Shown here piece after piece: positions 11,615 through 21,094 of a stretch of DNA of 52,842 nt (its first letter is position 1; the number at the start of each line of letters is the position of its first letter). Where the stretch lies: positions 4,677 to 57,518 of the forward strand of contig JAPYQM010000011.1 of assembly GCA_029941235.1 (NCBI GenBank). Direction: 5' to 3'. The notes under the pieces were generated by a model. The model did no database searches. It worked only from the letters and a program-made list of their open reading frames with translations, and was not told the DNA's origin. Source of the DNA: Myxococcota bacterium. Lineage in GTDB: Bacteria; Myxococcota_A; UBA9160; UBA4427. The position numbers and the translations under genes were made by a program.

Positions 11615-13444
11615 TCATTCGGGCCTCGGGGCCCGTACGCGGATGGAGAGTTCCTCGAGTTGATCCGGGTCCACCGCCGAAGGCGCTTCCATCAACAGAT
11701 CCTGACCGCGTTGGGTCTTCGGAAAGGCCACCACATCGCGCAGGCTGTCCGCCCGAGCGAGTACCATGACCATCCTGTCGAAACCAAAGGCAAAGCCACC
11801 ATGGGGCGGCGCACCGACTTCGAGGGCCTCGAGCATGAATCCGAAGCTCCGCTCGGTTTCTTCAGCCGAGTAGCCCATCAGTTCAAGAATCCGCCGCTGA
11901 ATATCGGCACGGTGATTGCGCAGGCTGCCCGAGCCGAGTTCAACGCCGTTCATGATCACGTCATAGTGGGTGCCCCGAACCTTCTCCGGCTCGGTCTCTA
12001 GCAGGGGAATATCCTCTTCCAAGGGGGCCACGAACGGTTGGTGGACATAGCCCAGCTGTCCTTTTTCGTCTTTTTCGAAGAGAGGAAAGTCCACGACAAA
12101 GAGCGCGTCCCACTCGCGTCCATCGGTCCGACCGAGTTTCTCGCCAAGGTCGATACGCAGACGCGAAAGAATTGCATTGGCGCGCTCGAATTCGTCTGCT
12201 TGAAAAAGCAGTAAAGAGCCCGGGCGAGCCGCGCTTCGTTCGGTAATTGCTGCGCGCTCTTCATCGGAGAGGAACTTCGCGATCGGCGAACGCCATTCGC
12301 CTTCTGCATCGACGCGTACCCAGCCTAGGCCCTTGGCCCCGAGTTCTTTACGGACGAATTTCTCCAAGCGATCGATTTCGCTGCGCGAAATTTCCTCGGC
12401 ATCATGGACAGGAAGGCACTTCACGATGCCTCCCTGTTCGACGACGCCGCGAAAGGCCTTGAACTCGCTGCCCGCAAAAATTTCGGTCATATCGACCAGT
12501 TCGAGCAAAATACGAGTATCCGGTCGATCACAGCCGTAGCGCGCCATTGCATCGGCGTAGCTCATCTGGGGAAACGGGCGCTGCAACTCGACGCCAGCGG
12601 CTTGGCGAGAACTCTCCACGGTCACCGCTTCAAGAAGCTCAAGGACGTCATCGACGCCGACGAAGGACATCTCAAGATCGACCTGGGTAAACTCGAGTTG
12701 TCGGTCAGCCCTCTGATCCTCGTCACGAAAACATCGCGCGATCTGAAAATAACGCTCAAAGCCCGCCACCATCAACAACTGCTTCATGATCTGGGGTGAT
12801 TGAGGCAGCGCGTAAAACGCTCCGGCCTGGAGTCGGCTCGGGACAAGAAAGTCCCGCGCACCCTCGGGCGTTGCGCGAGCCAGCATCGGAGTTTCGATCT
12901 CAAGAAACCCCTGATCGATGAGTGCAGTGCGCATCGCTCGCGACAACTCGTGACGAATCGTCAACGCACGCTGAAGGGGCGGGCGGCGCAGATCGTGGAT
13001 GCGATGGCGTAACCGAACCGCTTCGTCGGCCCCGGCGTCCTCCTCGATGGCAAAGGGAGGCGGGGTCGCCGTGTTCAGAATGCGAATTTCGTGGACATTG
13101 ATCTCAACTTCGCCAGTCTTCATTCGCGAGTTGACAGTGTCTTCCGACCGCGCCTCGACCATTCCACGCACCATGATGACCCACTCCGACCGGAGTTCTC
13201 CCGCCCGCTCATGGGCTTGGGTGGAGGTCTCGGGCCTGAAGACCACTTGTACGATCCCATTGCGATCCCGCAGATCGACAAAAATTACGCCACCGTGATC
13301 CCGGCGACGATGAACCCAACCCGCGACAACGACCTCCTGATCCACCATGGAACTGTCGATCGCACCACAGGCGTGGCTGCGACGTTCGGATCCCATCCCG
13401 TCGAGTTCTGTAGCCACGGTTGTCATCGTCTCATGTCCTGCCAC
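11615..13444 (-). CDS. aspS: aspartate--tRNA ligase
   Basis: 609 aa with an OB anticodon-binding domain (VAGWVHRRRDHGGVIFVDLRD) and class II motifs (FRDEDQRADRQ, GGFAFGFDR). The true start may be an internal ATG at 13426 or 13396. Confidence 0.9.
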   Translation of the reverse strand: MAGHETMTTVATELDGMGSERRSHACGAIDSSMVDQEVVVAGWVHRRRDHGGVIFVDLRDRNGIVQVVFRPETSTQAHERAGELRSEWVIMVRGMVEARSEDTVNSRMKTGEVEINVHEIRILNTATPPPFAIEEDAGADEAVRLRHRIHDLRRPPLQRALTIRHELSRAMRTALIDQGFLEIETPMLARATPEGARDFLVPSRLQAGAFYALPQSPQIMKQLLMVAGFERYFQIARCFRDEDQRADRQLEFTQVDLEMSFVGVDDVLELLEAVTVESSRQAAGVELQRPFPQMSYADAMARYGCDRPDTRILLELVDMTEIFAGSEFKAFRGVVEQGGIVKCLPVHDAEEISRSEIDRLEKFVRKELGAKGLGWVRVDAEGEWRSPIAKFLSDEERAAITERSAARPGSLLLFQADEFERANAILSRLRIDLGEKLGRTDGREWDALFVVDFPLFEKDEKGQLGYVHQPFVAPLEEDIPLLETEPEKVRGTHYDVIMNGVELGSGSLRNHRADIQRRILELMGYSAEETERSFGFMLEALEVGAPPHGGFAFGFDRMVMVLARADSLRDVVAFPKTQRGQDLLMEAPSAVDPDQLEELSIRVRAPRPE

Positions 13445-13697
13445 CCCAGCGCCCTGTCTCGAGGCGCGCGCCCAACCCCGGTTCGGCTGTCCGCACGTTA
13501 CGCGCGGATCGCCCGACTCATTTGAGTCCGAGTGAAATTTCGAAGTCGGCGTTCATTTTTGGGAAAATCCGAGTAAAATCATAGGGTTGGGTAGCAATGC
13601 CCCGATCCGATGTCAATCCTTCCCCGGCAGGCGACCCGCTCCTGACAAAGAATGCAAGCGGGAAAGCCGGCCCGTGTCCCCGACCGAGATCCCAGGC

Positions 13698-15098
13698 CTA
13701 GGCCCCTGGACTGGGGGAACACACTCGGTTTCTGCCTTCCGATTTGGCGCGGTACATGGCTTTGTCTGCGAGGTCGAGGATCTGGTTCCGAACTTCGCCG
13801 TGATCGGGGCAGGTTGCGACCCCGATACTGACCGTTAGCGAGAGGCGGATCTCTCTCTCGATCTCGAACACGTACGTATCAACCCTCTCACGAATTCTCT
13901 CCGCCACCCGAAGCGCCGTCTCGTGATCGGTATCCACCAGCAAAATCGCAAATTCGTCCCCGCCGTAGCGCGCTAGGGTGTCAACCTGCCGCACACATTG
14001 CTCGAGCACCCGGCAGAGTCGCCGTAGGGTGTTCGACCCTACCAAGTGCCCGTGCTCGTCATTCACATCCTTAAAGTGGTCGATATCGAGAAAGAGTACT
14101 GAGAGAGGCGTGCCATAGCGCTCCGAGCGCTGAATCTCTTTCTCACAAGTTGTAAGCAGATAGCCCGCGTTGAAGGCCTGGGTAAGGTCGTCCACAAAAG
14201 CTCGCTCCTTGGCGAGCGCGTAGGTCTCAGAGTTCTCCAGCGCCGCAATACCATGGCGGGTCACGATATCTCCCCGCTCGATATCCTCGGCCACGAAAGG
14301 TCGACCTTCGTCGAAGATCGCCACCAAGCCTGACTCGTTGCCCTCCCCGCCCATGGAAACCACCAGTAGTGTTTTTACTTCAACGTCGGCAGCGCGAAGT
14401 GCGTCGTGCAGAACGCCTCGGTTGAGAACCGTCAATCCTTCGAAAGCGTTGAAGTCGATGGATTTGTCCCCAAGCAACGTGCGACATACCAGCGAACTCT
14501 CTTCACTGCCAAACCCCCTCAAAGCCACCGCATCGCTCTGAGGAACGTTCTCGCGCTTAAAGAGGGCAAAACCCCGCTTCCGGGAAGTCGCCTTCAGCAG
14601 AAGCTCAAGGGTCATGGGATAGAGTTGGCCCGGCTCCAGGCAGTACGCGAGCGGACGACAATCCTCCATGATACGAATGGTTTCATGGAGAAAAAGGCTA
14701 CGAATTGCGGTCCGCCGCTGACCGATCAAGCTCGAAAGTGATCGGCGGAGTAGCGCCTCGCCAAATGGCACCACCAGGCAGTCGTCCGCGCCTGCCGCAA
14801 AAATCTCATCGACCTCATCCGGGCCCGCTTCGTCAAGAACAACCAACAGGCGGATTCCCCGGCCCGACTCAGCGACCCAGTCCGCGGCCTCGCGAACCCG
14901 CGACGAGTCAGCCGACGGCAGAGCAATCAACAGGACATCGGCTTCAGCGGTCCCCAGCACACCCGCAATGCCCGAAAGACGCGAACAGCGGAGTATCTCC
15001 CAGGCGCCAGCCTCGTCGGCTTGGCCCAGTTGCGCCGCCAGTTCATCCCCCAGATCCACGGCGACGATCCGGCTTTTATTGTCCCTCGATCCTGCCAT
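13698..15098 (-). CDS. diguanylate cyclase with degenerate receiver-like N-terminus and a central sensory (GAF-like) region
   Basis: 466 aa. GGDEF codons lie at 13950-13964 and RQVD sits 5 residues upstream (I-site spacing). The receiver-like N-terminus has Ala at the phospho-acceptor position (DVLLIALPSAD). Confidence 0.8.
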   Translation of the reverse strand: MAGSRDNKSRIVAVDLGDELAAQLGQADEAGAWEILRCSRLSGIAGVLGTAEADVLLIALPSADSSRVREAADWVAESGRGIRLLVVLDEAGPDEVDEIFAAGADDCLVVPFGEALLRRSLSSLIGQRRTAIRSLFLHETIRIMEDCRPLAYCLEPGQLYPMTLELLLKATSRKRGFALFKRENVPQSDAVALRGFGSEESSLVCRTLLGDKSIDFNAFEGLTVLNRGVLHDALRAADVEVKTLLVVSMGGEGNESGLVAIFDEGRPFVAEDIERGDIVTRHGIAALENSETYALAKERAFVDDLTQAFNAGYLLTTCEKEIQRSERYGTPLSVLFLDIDHFKDVNDEHGHLVGSNTLRRLCRVLEQCVRQVDTLARYGGDEFAILLVDTDHETALRVAERIRERVDTYVFEIEREIRLSLTVSIGVATCPDHGEVRNQILDLADKAMYRAKSEGRNRVCSPSPGA

Positions 15099-15259
15099 AC
15101 GATCGTCCCGCCTCGATGACGGCCACCCTACCGTCGGTTCGTAGCCGTCCCCAAGGCATCGGACGGTCCGCCTGCTCCTTCACTCGGAGTCGCCGGGGCA
15201 GAATGCATTCTAGACCGCCCTTCAGGCGAAATTCCACTCCCCAGGCCGACAGGTCGGGT

Positions 15260-16747
15260 TCAGGTTTCGTCATCGGCCTTCGGCGCCGGCGGCAACACGC
15301 TCACCCATTCGATGCCTGCGTTCCCCGACCGCAAAATTCTGCCCGCTTGGCCGACCACCAGTCCAACTTTACCGCTGGGATCGAAATCCATGTCGCGCAT
15401 GAAGGTAAAAGTTTCCGGAAAGTTGTCGTCTGCGGGGGGAGACCAACTGGCTCCACCATCGACCGAGACCCGAACCAACCCCTTCTCCCCCACGGCAATC
15501 GCACGGCCAGCAACAGAGGCCACAGAAAAAACCGCCATCTTGCGATCAATCTTGCTGTACGTCCAATTACGGCCACCGTCACTCGTCGACAAGGTGACAC
15601 CCCCGAGACCCGAGATCATTCCGTTCTCCTCGTCGCGAAACCGCACGGTGAAGAGAATCGGGTTCTGAACGACTCGCACTTTGACGCCTGGATATTCAAA
15701 GAGTCGGCCCGCGTAATAGCGTTCCAAAAATTCCGGATCCTTGGCCAGGTAGTCCTCGTAGTCCCAGGGCGGCTGCCCGCGCAAGCGAACACGCTCGGAT
15801 TGCAACCCCGCATCCTCAAGAACTGTCCGCACTTCTTGCATACGCGCTTCAAGAGTCTCGAAAAACTCGAAGGGGTCTCCGTCTCGGCCAAAGCGCTGGA
15901 TTTCCTCCGCGTTGGCCACCCCTTCCACGGCAACGTTCAGATGACCTTCGTCTACAACGCTTTCCACGAAGGAATCGAGTTCGGGGATATAAGACGCGTC
16001 GAAGTCCACTTCGTTGAAGCCGAAGCGAATCGGGGCGATTTCGCGAGAACCCTCGATATTGGATTTCTGCCAGGTCTTGCCCGCATCCTCGGAATAGAAG
16101 ATGTAACCGAATTCGCCAATCAACCAGCATCGACGGCTGGGCGTGCCCAGGCAGTAAACGTCGTTAAGTCCGACATCCTCATAGACCGTATCACCGTTAC
16201 GCACTTTCTCCTGTTCAAAGGGCGAGAGCCATTGAAACATCGGATGAGTCTCGTTGACGGTAAACGAGTGGTCGACCCAGTTTTTCCCGCCATCCTCGGT
16301 TCGAATCCGGGTCCCCCACTCCCCGATGGCAACTGCAGTCTTCTCATCAACTGCCGCCACACCGAAGAGGTGCATACCCTCGTTTTCTTTCAGGTTCGCT
16401 TGACGCTCCCAATGCGCACCCCCATCTTCGGTTCGCAGAATCAGCCCGCGCTGACCCACGGCCCAACCGTGGAGGGCATCGGCCATGGAAACCTTGTAGA
16501 GGGAGGTGAGGGTGTTCGTCACCCCGCGACTCCAGGTCTCGCCTCCGTCTAGCGTGAAGTACGCACTGCCGTAGTACCCCACCGCGACGGCATGGTTCTC
16601 ATCGGGCATGGAAACCGAGTAGAGATCATCGAAAAGAACAATCTCTCCGGGGCTCTGGCTGTAGTCGAGGTGGACCTCGTGACAGGCAGTAAAACCCATC
16701 ACCATCACGGCAGCGAGGAGGTAACTTCTCAGAAGACCGACCATCAA
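15260..16747 (-). CDS. BNR/Asp-box repeat (Ycf48-like beta-propeller) lipoprotein
   Basis: 495 aa with a lipobox (MGFTAC) and six or more Asp-box motifs (DGGETW, DGGAHW, DGGKNW, DAGKTW, DGGRNW, DGGASW). Confidence 0.7.
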   Translation of the reverse strand: MMVGLLRSYLLAAVMVMGFTACHEVHLDYSQSPGEIVLFDDLYSVSMPDENHAVAVGYYGSAYFTLDGGETWSRGVTNTLTSLYKVSMADALHGWAVGQRGLILRTEDGGAHWERQANLKENEGMHLFGVAAVDEKTAVAIGEWGTRIRTEDGGKNWVDHSFTVNETHPMFQWLSPFEQEKVRNGDTVYEDVGLNDVYCLGTPSRRCWLIGEFGYIFYSEDAGKTWQKSNIEGSREIAPIRFGFNEVDFDASYIPELDSFVESVVDEGHLNVAVEGVANAEEIQRFGRDGDPFEFFETLEARMQEVRTVLEDAGLQSERVRLRGQPPWDYEDYLAKDPEFLERYYAGRLFEYPGVKVRVVQNPILFTVRFRDEENGMISGLGGVTLSTSDGGRNWTYSKIDRKMAVFSVASVAGRAIAVGEKGLVRVSVDGGASWSPPADDNFPETFTFMRDMDFDPSGKVGLVVGQAGRILRSGNAGIEWVSVLPPAPKADDET

Positions 16748-16751
16748 ATCG

Positions 16752-18083
16752 CTAACGCCCCTTTGTCAGGCGACCAACATCGATGTAGCGCCGTATCTTG
16801 CCCTTGCTCGGGAAGGGCACGCCGTTGGCGTCCCAGAACTCGATTCGATTGCCGGTACCCGTTTGAACGTTGGTAATGATGTCGCTCACCATCTGATGGG
16901 CTCGCGGCTCGGGAACGCCTTCCCAGCCCGGGTAGTAGTCTTCGGTAAGTCCCTCACCACTCCAACGTTTGTTGTGCCAAATTATTTTCCAGAGCTCTTC
17001 CTTCTGGTCGTACGCAAACGAATAAAGCGCCCGCATCGTCTCCTTATCGATGTAGATATCCTTGTGGTGGTAAGGATGATCTTCATTCTTGGGAGTCATC
17101 CGAACCTTCATCACTTTTCGCACCTCCCACCGATCATCCGCGAACGAAAGTCCGTAGGGCCCGAAATTGTGGTCCCGCTCATATGGGAAAGCCAGGACCT
17201 TGGTGTTCGAGGGTGCGATCAACTCGGCTTCGCCCAAGCATTCCCACTCGTATTGGGGAACGATCCCGGCAAAACTGTTCAAATCGTCGAAAGTGAAATC
17301 TGTTCCGGAGATTGAGTCGGTTCGCTGAGCGGTAGAAATCCGCCGGACCCGCCGCAAAGTCGGAAGATATACCCAAGTATCATCGTTCTTGGCTTTCTCA
17401 CGAGGCGCGTCTGTTGTCTTGTAGCGATAGGACATCAGCATAATGCCGCGCGCATCGAAGGGGGCCGTGACGTCCACCCCGAAGGCATTTTTCCGCTTTT
17501 CGTTGCGAAAAACGTCACCCTTGCTCTTCTCGAACTGGGGTTCTACACGGTGAGAAAGGAACACGCTCTTCGAGTCGCCCTCGTAGTAAAGTGGCAATTC
17601 CTCGCCACGATCCCAATACGAGTAGTAAAAGCTCGCGTTCCCTCCTGCGCCCGCCCACGCGTAGTCGAAATTCCACATGATCTTCACCCCCGCCTGGGGA
17701 TCCGTCGCGCAGTCGATTTCGTCCATGGGAAAGGGACGACCCGATTCAAAATTCTCCAGACTATTGTCCGGACCGATTCGTGCTTGCCCGCGTCCGCGCT
17801 CGGTGGCGGCCTTGTAGGCTTCGGACCCGGAGTAATCCCGGAAGAAAGGACCGACTTCGAGCTGCATCCCCTCGTAGAAGAAGAAGTCTCGATTGTCCCA
17901 AAACGGATCGGGGAGGTAGGACTTGAGAACGTCGAGGTTCTCGTAGGTGATGATGTCACCTTCCTTGAATCCGGGTCCGGTCCCCTCGGCATCCTCTTGA
18001 GCATGGACAGTCCGAACCGTCCCCGGCAGTGCCAGGAGCGTGACAGCAACCAGACTCGCTCCTAGGGTTCGCATTCCGGACAT
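16752..18083 (-). CDS. DUF1329 / LolA-like outer-membrane lipoprotein-sorting family protein
   Basis: 443 aa with a signal peptide ending VHAQ. The segment WVYLPTLRRVRRISTAQRTDSISGTDFTFDDL is characteristic of this family. It lies 4 nt upstream of the BNR gene. AAGGAG sits 7 nt before the ATG. Confidence 0.6.
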   Translation of the reverse strand: MSGMRTLGASLVAVTLLALPGTVRTVHAQEDAEGTGPGFKEGDIITYENLDVLKSYLPDPFWDNRDFFFYEGMQLEVGPFFRDYSGSEAYKAATERGRGQARIGPDNSLENFESGRPFPMDEIDCATDPQAGVKIMWNFDYAWAGAGGNASFYYSYWDRGEELPLYYEGDSKSVFLSHRVEPQFEKSKGDVFRNEKRKNAFGVDVTAPFDARGIMLMSYRYKTTDAPREKAKNDDTWVYLPTLRRVRRISTAQRTDSISGTDFTFDDLNSFAGIVPQYEWECLGEAELIAPSNTKVLAFPYERDHNFGPYGLSFADDRWEVRKVMKVRMTPKNEDHPYHHKDIYIDKETMRALYSFAYDQKEELWKIIWHNKRWSGEGLTEDYYPGWEGVPEPRAHQMVSDIITNVQTGTGNRIEFWDANGVPFPSKGKIRRYIDVGRLTKGR

Positions 18084-18133
18084 CCATAGGCTCCTTCGCC
18101 GATCGGGGGTAGAGTTGACTCAATGGGTACCCG

Positions 18134-18163
18134 GGCAGGGTCACGCCCGTCGAATGGCAGGGT
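18134..18163. repeat. direct repeat GGCAGGGT x2, 22 bp start-to-start, in a divergent promoter region
   Basis: GGCAGGGT occurs at 18134-18141 and 18156-18163, between the DUF1329 operon and the ABC1 kinase gene. Confidence 0.5.
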
Positions 18164-18220
18164 AGTCCCAAGATCGTCGGAGCGCCGCGCCAGCGGCCTG
18201 CGATATTTTCAACCCGTGAT

Positions 18221-19771
18221 GTGTTCCTGTTACCTTCTAGAATAGGCTCCAGCGCGATTCAACCCGCATCCCAAGGGCAGCCGACCGCCCCGAGAGGTTT
18301 CCGCGAAGTGAGGGACCAGCCGCCGATCTCGTCCCCGACCCACTCGGCCGGCGCGTTTTCCAGTTCCAACAATTCGGCCCCAGGGGGGAAATATCCACTC
18401 GTCGCCCGGGGCCGGACGCCACTCCGGGTCTGGTTGAGGACCAGCGGTATCGAGCCCGTCCTCCGCATCGTGCTGTGCGGGGCCTCTTCCCTGCTGATCT
18501 TCGCAGTTGCCGGGGCCAGAGGGCTGCTCGAAACAACTGAATCCCGGGCCGATCGCCGCCGCCGGGCTCTCACCCATACCGTGAGGCGCTGGGTCGGGCT
18601 CCTCGGCGAGTTGCGAGGTGCCTACGCAAAGGCCGGGCAATTCGCCGCCAGCCGTCCCGACTTGATCCCCGAAGAGGCTGCCGCCGCTTTGAGGACTCTT
18701 CGCGATCGTGTCCCTCCCCTCCCCCCGGCCGAAATTCGCAGAGCCATTGAGGCCGAACTCGAAATGCCTCTCGAAGAAGCTTTCAAGGAATTCGACCCGT
18801 TGCCCCTCGGCGCAGCTTCCATCGCCCAGGTCCACCGAGCGGCCCTCCCCGATGGAACCCCCGTCGCCGTCAAGGTTCAATATCCCTGGATCCAGGCTTC
18901 GATCTCCGCAGATCTCAAAGTCCTTCGCACCCTCGCCCGTGGGCTGCTCCGTTTGAGTTCCAACCGGCGATGGACGTTCGATTTCGAGCGCTTCTTCGCC
19001 GAGTTCGCCGTGGGCCTGGCCGAAGAATTGGACTTCGAAGCCGAAGCCCGGGCGGCCAGCGAAATCGCCGCCAATCTCGCGGACGATTCGAGCATCCAGG
19101 TCCCTCGCGTGATCGCCTCGCACACACGCACCCGCGTACTCACCATGACCTATTACCCCTGCCTGAACATCGCCGACAGTACTGGCCTCGCGAATCTCGG
19201 CGTGCAGCCCTCCAAGGTGCTCGAAATAGTGGTCCGAGCCTACGCGAAACAGATCTTTCAAGATGGGCTTTTCCATGCCGACCCCCACCCCGGCAATCTC
19301 TTCGTTCTCGACGAACCCGAAGCGAGCGAAAATCCAAGGGTTCTCTTCGTTGACTTCGGCCTACACCGCCGACTTTCCCCCGAACTTCAGAACGAAATGC
19401 GGCAAGGCATCTTTGCCTTGATGCAACGAAACGTCGATCTTTTCGTCGAGCGGATGAACGCCCTAGAGATGATCGCGCCCGGTGCAGAACTCGGAGTCCG
19501 GAAGGCCGTTTCGCAAATGCTCGATCGCATAGCCAGCGAAGGCGGATCAGACGCGCTGATGAACGCACCGGGGAGCCAGGTCCTAAGCCTCAAGGACGAA
19601 GCCAAACGCCTGCTTGAGGAGACCCCTGGGCTTCAGCTCCCCAACGACTTGCTCCTCTACGCGAAAACCTTGGCCTACGTATTTGCCCTGGGCGAAGAGC
19701 TTGACCCCAACGTAGATCTGATGAAAATCTCCGTCCCCTATTTCCTGCAATTCCTCGCAGCGCGGGACTGA
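18221..19771 (+). CDS. ABC1/UbiB-family atypical protein kinase
   Basis: Carries ABC1 motifs (GAYAKAGQFAASRPDLIP, ASIAQVHRA, HADPHPGNLFV, VDFG). 18221 (GTG) is the maximal ORF. The first ~80 codons are low-complexity and contain intergenic-looking repeats, so the GTG at 18470 is a plausible real start. Confidence 0.8.
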   Translation: MFLLPSRIGSSAIQPASQGQPTAPRGFREVRDQPPISSPTHSAGAFSSSNNSAPGGKYPLVARGRTPLRVWLRTSGIEPVLRIVLCGASSLLIFAVAGARGLLETTESRADRRRRALTHTVRRWVGLLGELRGAYAKAGQFAASRPDLIPEEAAAALRTLRDRVPPLPPAEIRRAIEAELEMPLEEAFKEFDPLPLGAASIAQVHRAALPDGTPVAVKVQYPWIQASISADLKVLRTLARGLLRLSSNRRWTFDFERFFAEFAVGLAEELDFEAEARAASEIAANLADDSSIQVPRVIASHTRTRVLTMTYYPCLNIADSTGLANLGVQPSKVLEIVVRAYAKQIFQDGLFHADPHPGNLFVLDEPEASENPRVLFVDFGLHRRLSPELQNEMRQGIFALMQRNVDLFVERMNALEMIAPGAELGVRKAVSQMLDRIASEGGSDALMNAPGSQVLSLKDEAKRLLEETPGLQLPNDLLLYAKTLAYVFALGEELDPNVDLMKISVPYFLQFLAARD

Positions 19772-19780
19772 TGCCTCCGA

Positions 19781-20983
19781 CTACTTCTCGGCCCGGGCGA
19801 GCCTCAAACCCTGGAGACGAATAAAACCTCCAGCATCCCGCTGATCATAGGCTCCCTCATCCTCCTCAAAGGTCACAAGGTTCTCGGAATACAGCGAAAA
19901 GGGCGAGCGACGACCCTGGACCGTAACATTGCCTTTATACAGCTTAAGACGCACGTCCCCAGTCACAGTTTCCTGGGACGCATCGATTGCCGCACGCATA
20001 TAATCCATCTCCGGGGCAAACCAAAAACCGTTGTAGATCAGCTCAGCAAAGCGCGGGGCCATGCGGTCTCGCTCGTGCATCACCTCGCGATCCATTGTGA
20101 TGGACTCCATTGCCCGATGGGCGACATGGAGCACAGTTCCTCCTGGCGTTTCGTAGACTCCCCGGGACTTCAGTCCGACGAAGCGATTCTCGACCATATC
20201 CACTCGGCCAATTCCGTTTCGACCCGCGATCACGTTGAGCTTCTCGACCAGTTCCGAGGGAGCCAGGGAAGTGCCATCAATGCCAACGGCGTTGCCTTTA
20301 TCAAAGGAGATCACCAGTTCCTCGGACTCGTCAGGCGCAAGTTCGGGGGCAACTGTGGTAATGAACATCTCCTCTTCGGGTGCCGTCCATGGATCTTCCA
20401 GCATTCCTCCCTCGTAGGACACGTGCATCAGGTTTCGATCCATCGAATAAGGCTTGGCAATCGACGCAGTTATGGGAATTTCGTACTTCTGTGCATAACT
20501 GATGCAGTCGTTCCGCGAGCGCAAATCCCACTCCCGCCAAGGGGCGATCACCGAAATTTCAGGGGCAAGCGCCCTGAATGCCAGTTCGAAGCGCACCTGG
20601 TCGTTCCCCTTGCCAGTAGCCCCGTGCGCCACCGCATCGCAGCCCGTCGCCCGGGCCACGTCGATCTGGTGCTTGGCAATCAAAGGCCGGGCAAGGGCGG
20701 TGCCGAGCAAATACACGCCCTCGTAGACCGCTGCCCCCTTGATGGCCGGATAGACATAATCCCGGGCGAATTCTTCGCGTAGATCTTTGATCACGCAGTC
20801 GATCGCACCGGTCGCTGCAGCCTTCTCGGGCAAGCCGGCAAGCTCTTCTTGCTGACCCACATCCGCGCAATAGGCGACGACTTCGCAGTCGTATTCTTCG
20901 ATCAACCAGCGAAGAATGACCGAAGTGTCGAGCCCACCGCTATATGCCAAACACACGCGGTTGACCGAATCCTTTCGAGCCAT
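19781..20983 (-). CDS. argG: argininosuccinate synthase
   Basis: 400 aa with the [16 protein letters not shown]-binding motif. GAGGAGG RBS lies upstream. Confidence 0.95.
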   Translation of the reverse strand: MARKDSVNRVCLAYSGGLDTSVILRWLIEEYDCEVVAYCADVGQQEELAGLPEKAAATGAIDCVIKDLREEFARDYVYPAIKGAAVYEGVYLLGTALARPLIAKHQIDVARATGCDAVAHGATGKGNDQVRFELAFRALAPEISVIAPWREWDLRSRNDCISYAQKYEIPITASIAKPYSMDRNLMHVSYEGGMLEDPWTAPEEEMFITTVAPELAPDESEELVISFDKGNAVGIDGTSLAPSELVEKLNVIAGRNGIGRVDMVENRFVGLKSRGVYETPGGTVLHVAHRAMESITMDREVMHERDRMAPRFAELIYNGFWFAPEMDYMRAAIDASQETVTGDVRLKLYKGNVTVQGRRSPFSLYSENLVTFEEDEGAYDQRDAGGFIRLQGLRLARAEK

Positions 20984-21094
20984 GGAACACCTCCTCGGGA
21001 GCGCTTGGCCAAGCCAGACGCTTCATGGAGGCGGGAGTCTACCCGCTCATCGAAATTTTTCACGGGGGTCAGGAAATGCGGAATCGACCCGGGT

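Noticed and set aside
16285-16325. GGTTCGAATCC T-loop-like sequence on the plus strand
   Set aside because: It lies inside the well-supported BNR CDS (coding ...IRTEDGGKNW...). No complementary 5' acceptor strand (TGGGGGA) lies ~65 nt upstream.
14705-16552. 615-aa ORF on the plus strand
   Set aside because: It is fully antisense to the GGDEF and BNR genes. It is Pro/Arg/Ser-rich with no recognisable motifs, which is the typical shadow ORF of a high-GC genome.
18230-19288. 352-aa minus-strand ORF
   Set aside because: It is antisense to the ABC1 kinase gene, which carries clear kinase motifs. The translation is Gly/Arg/Pro-rich and looks meaningless.
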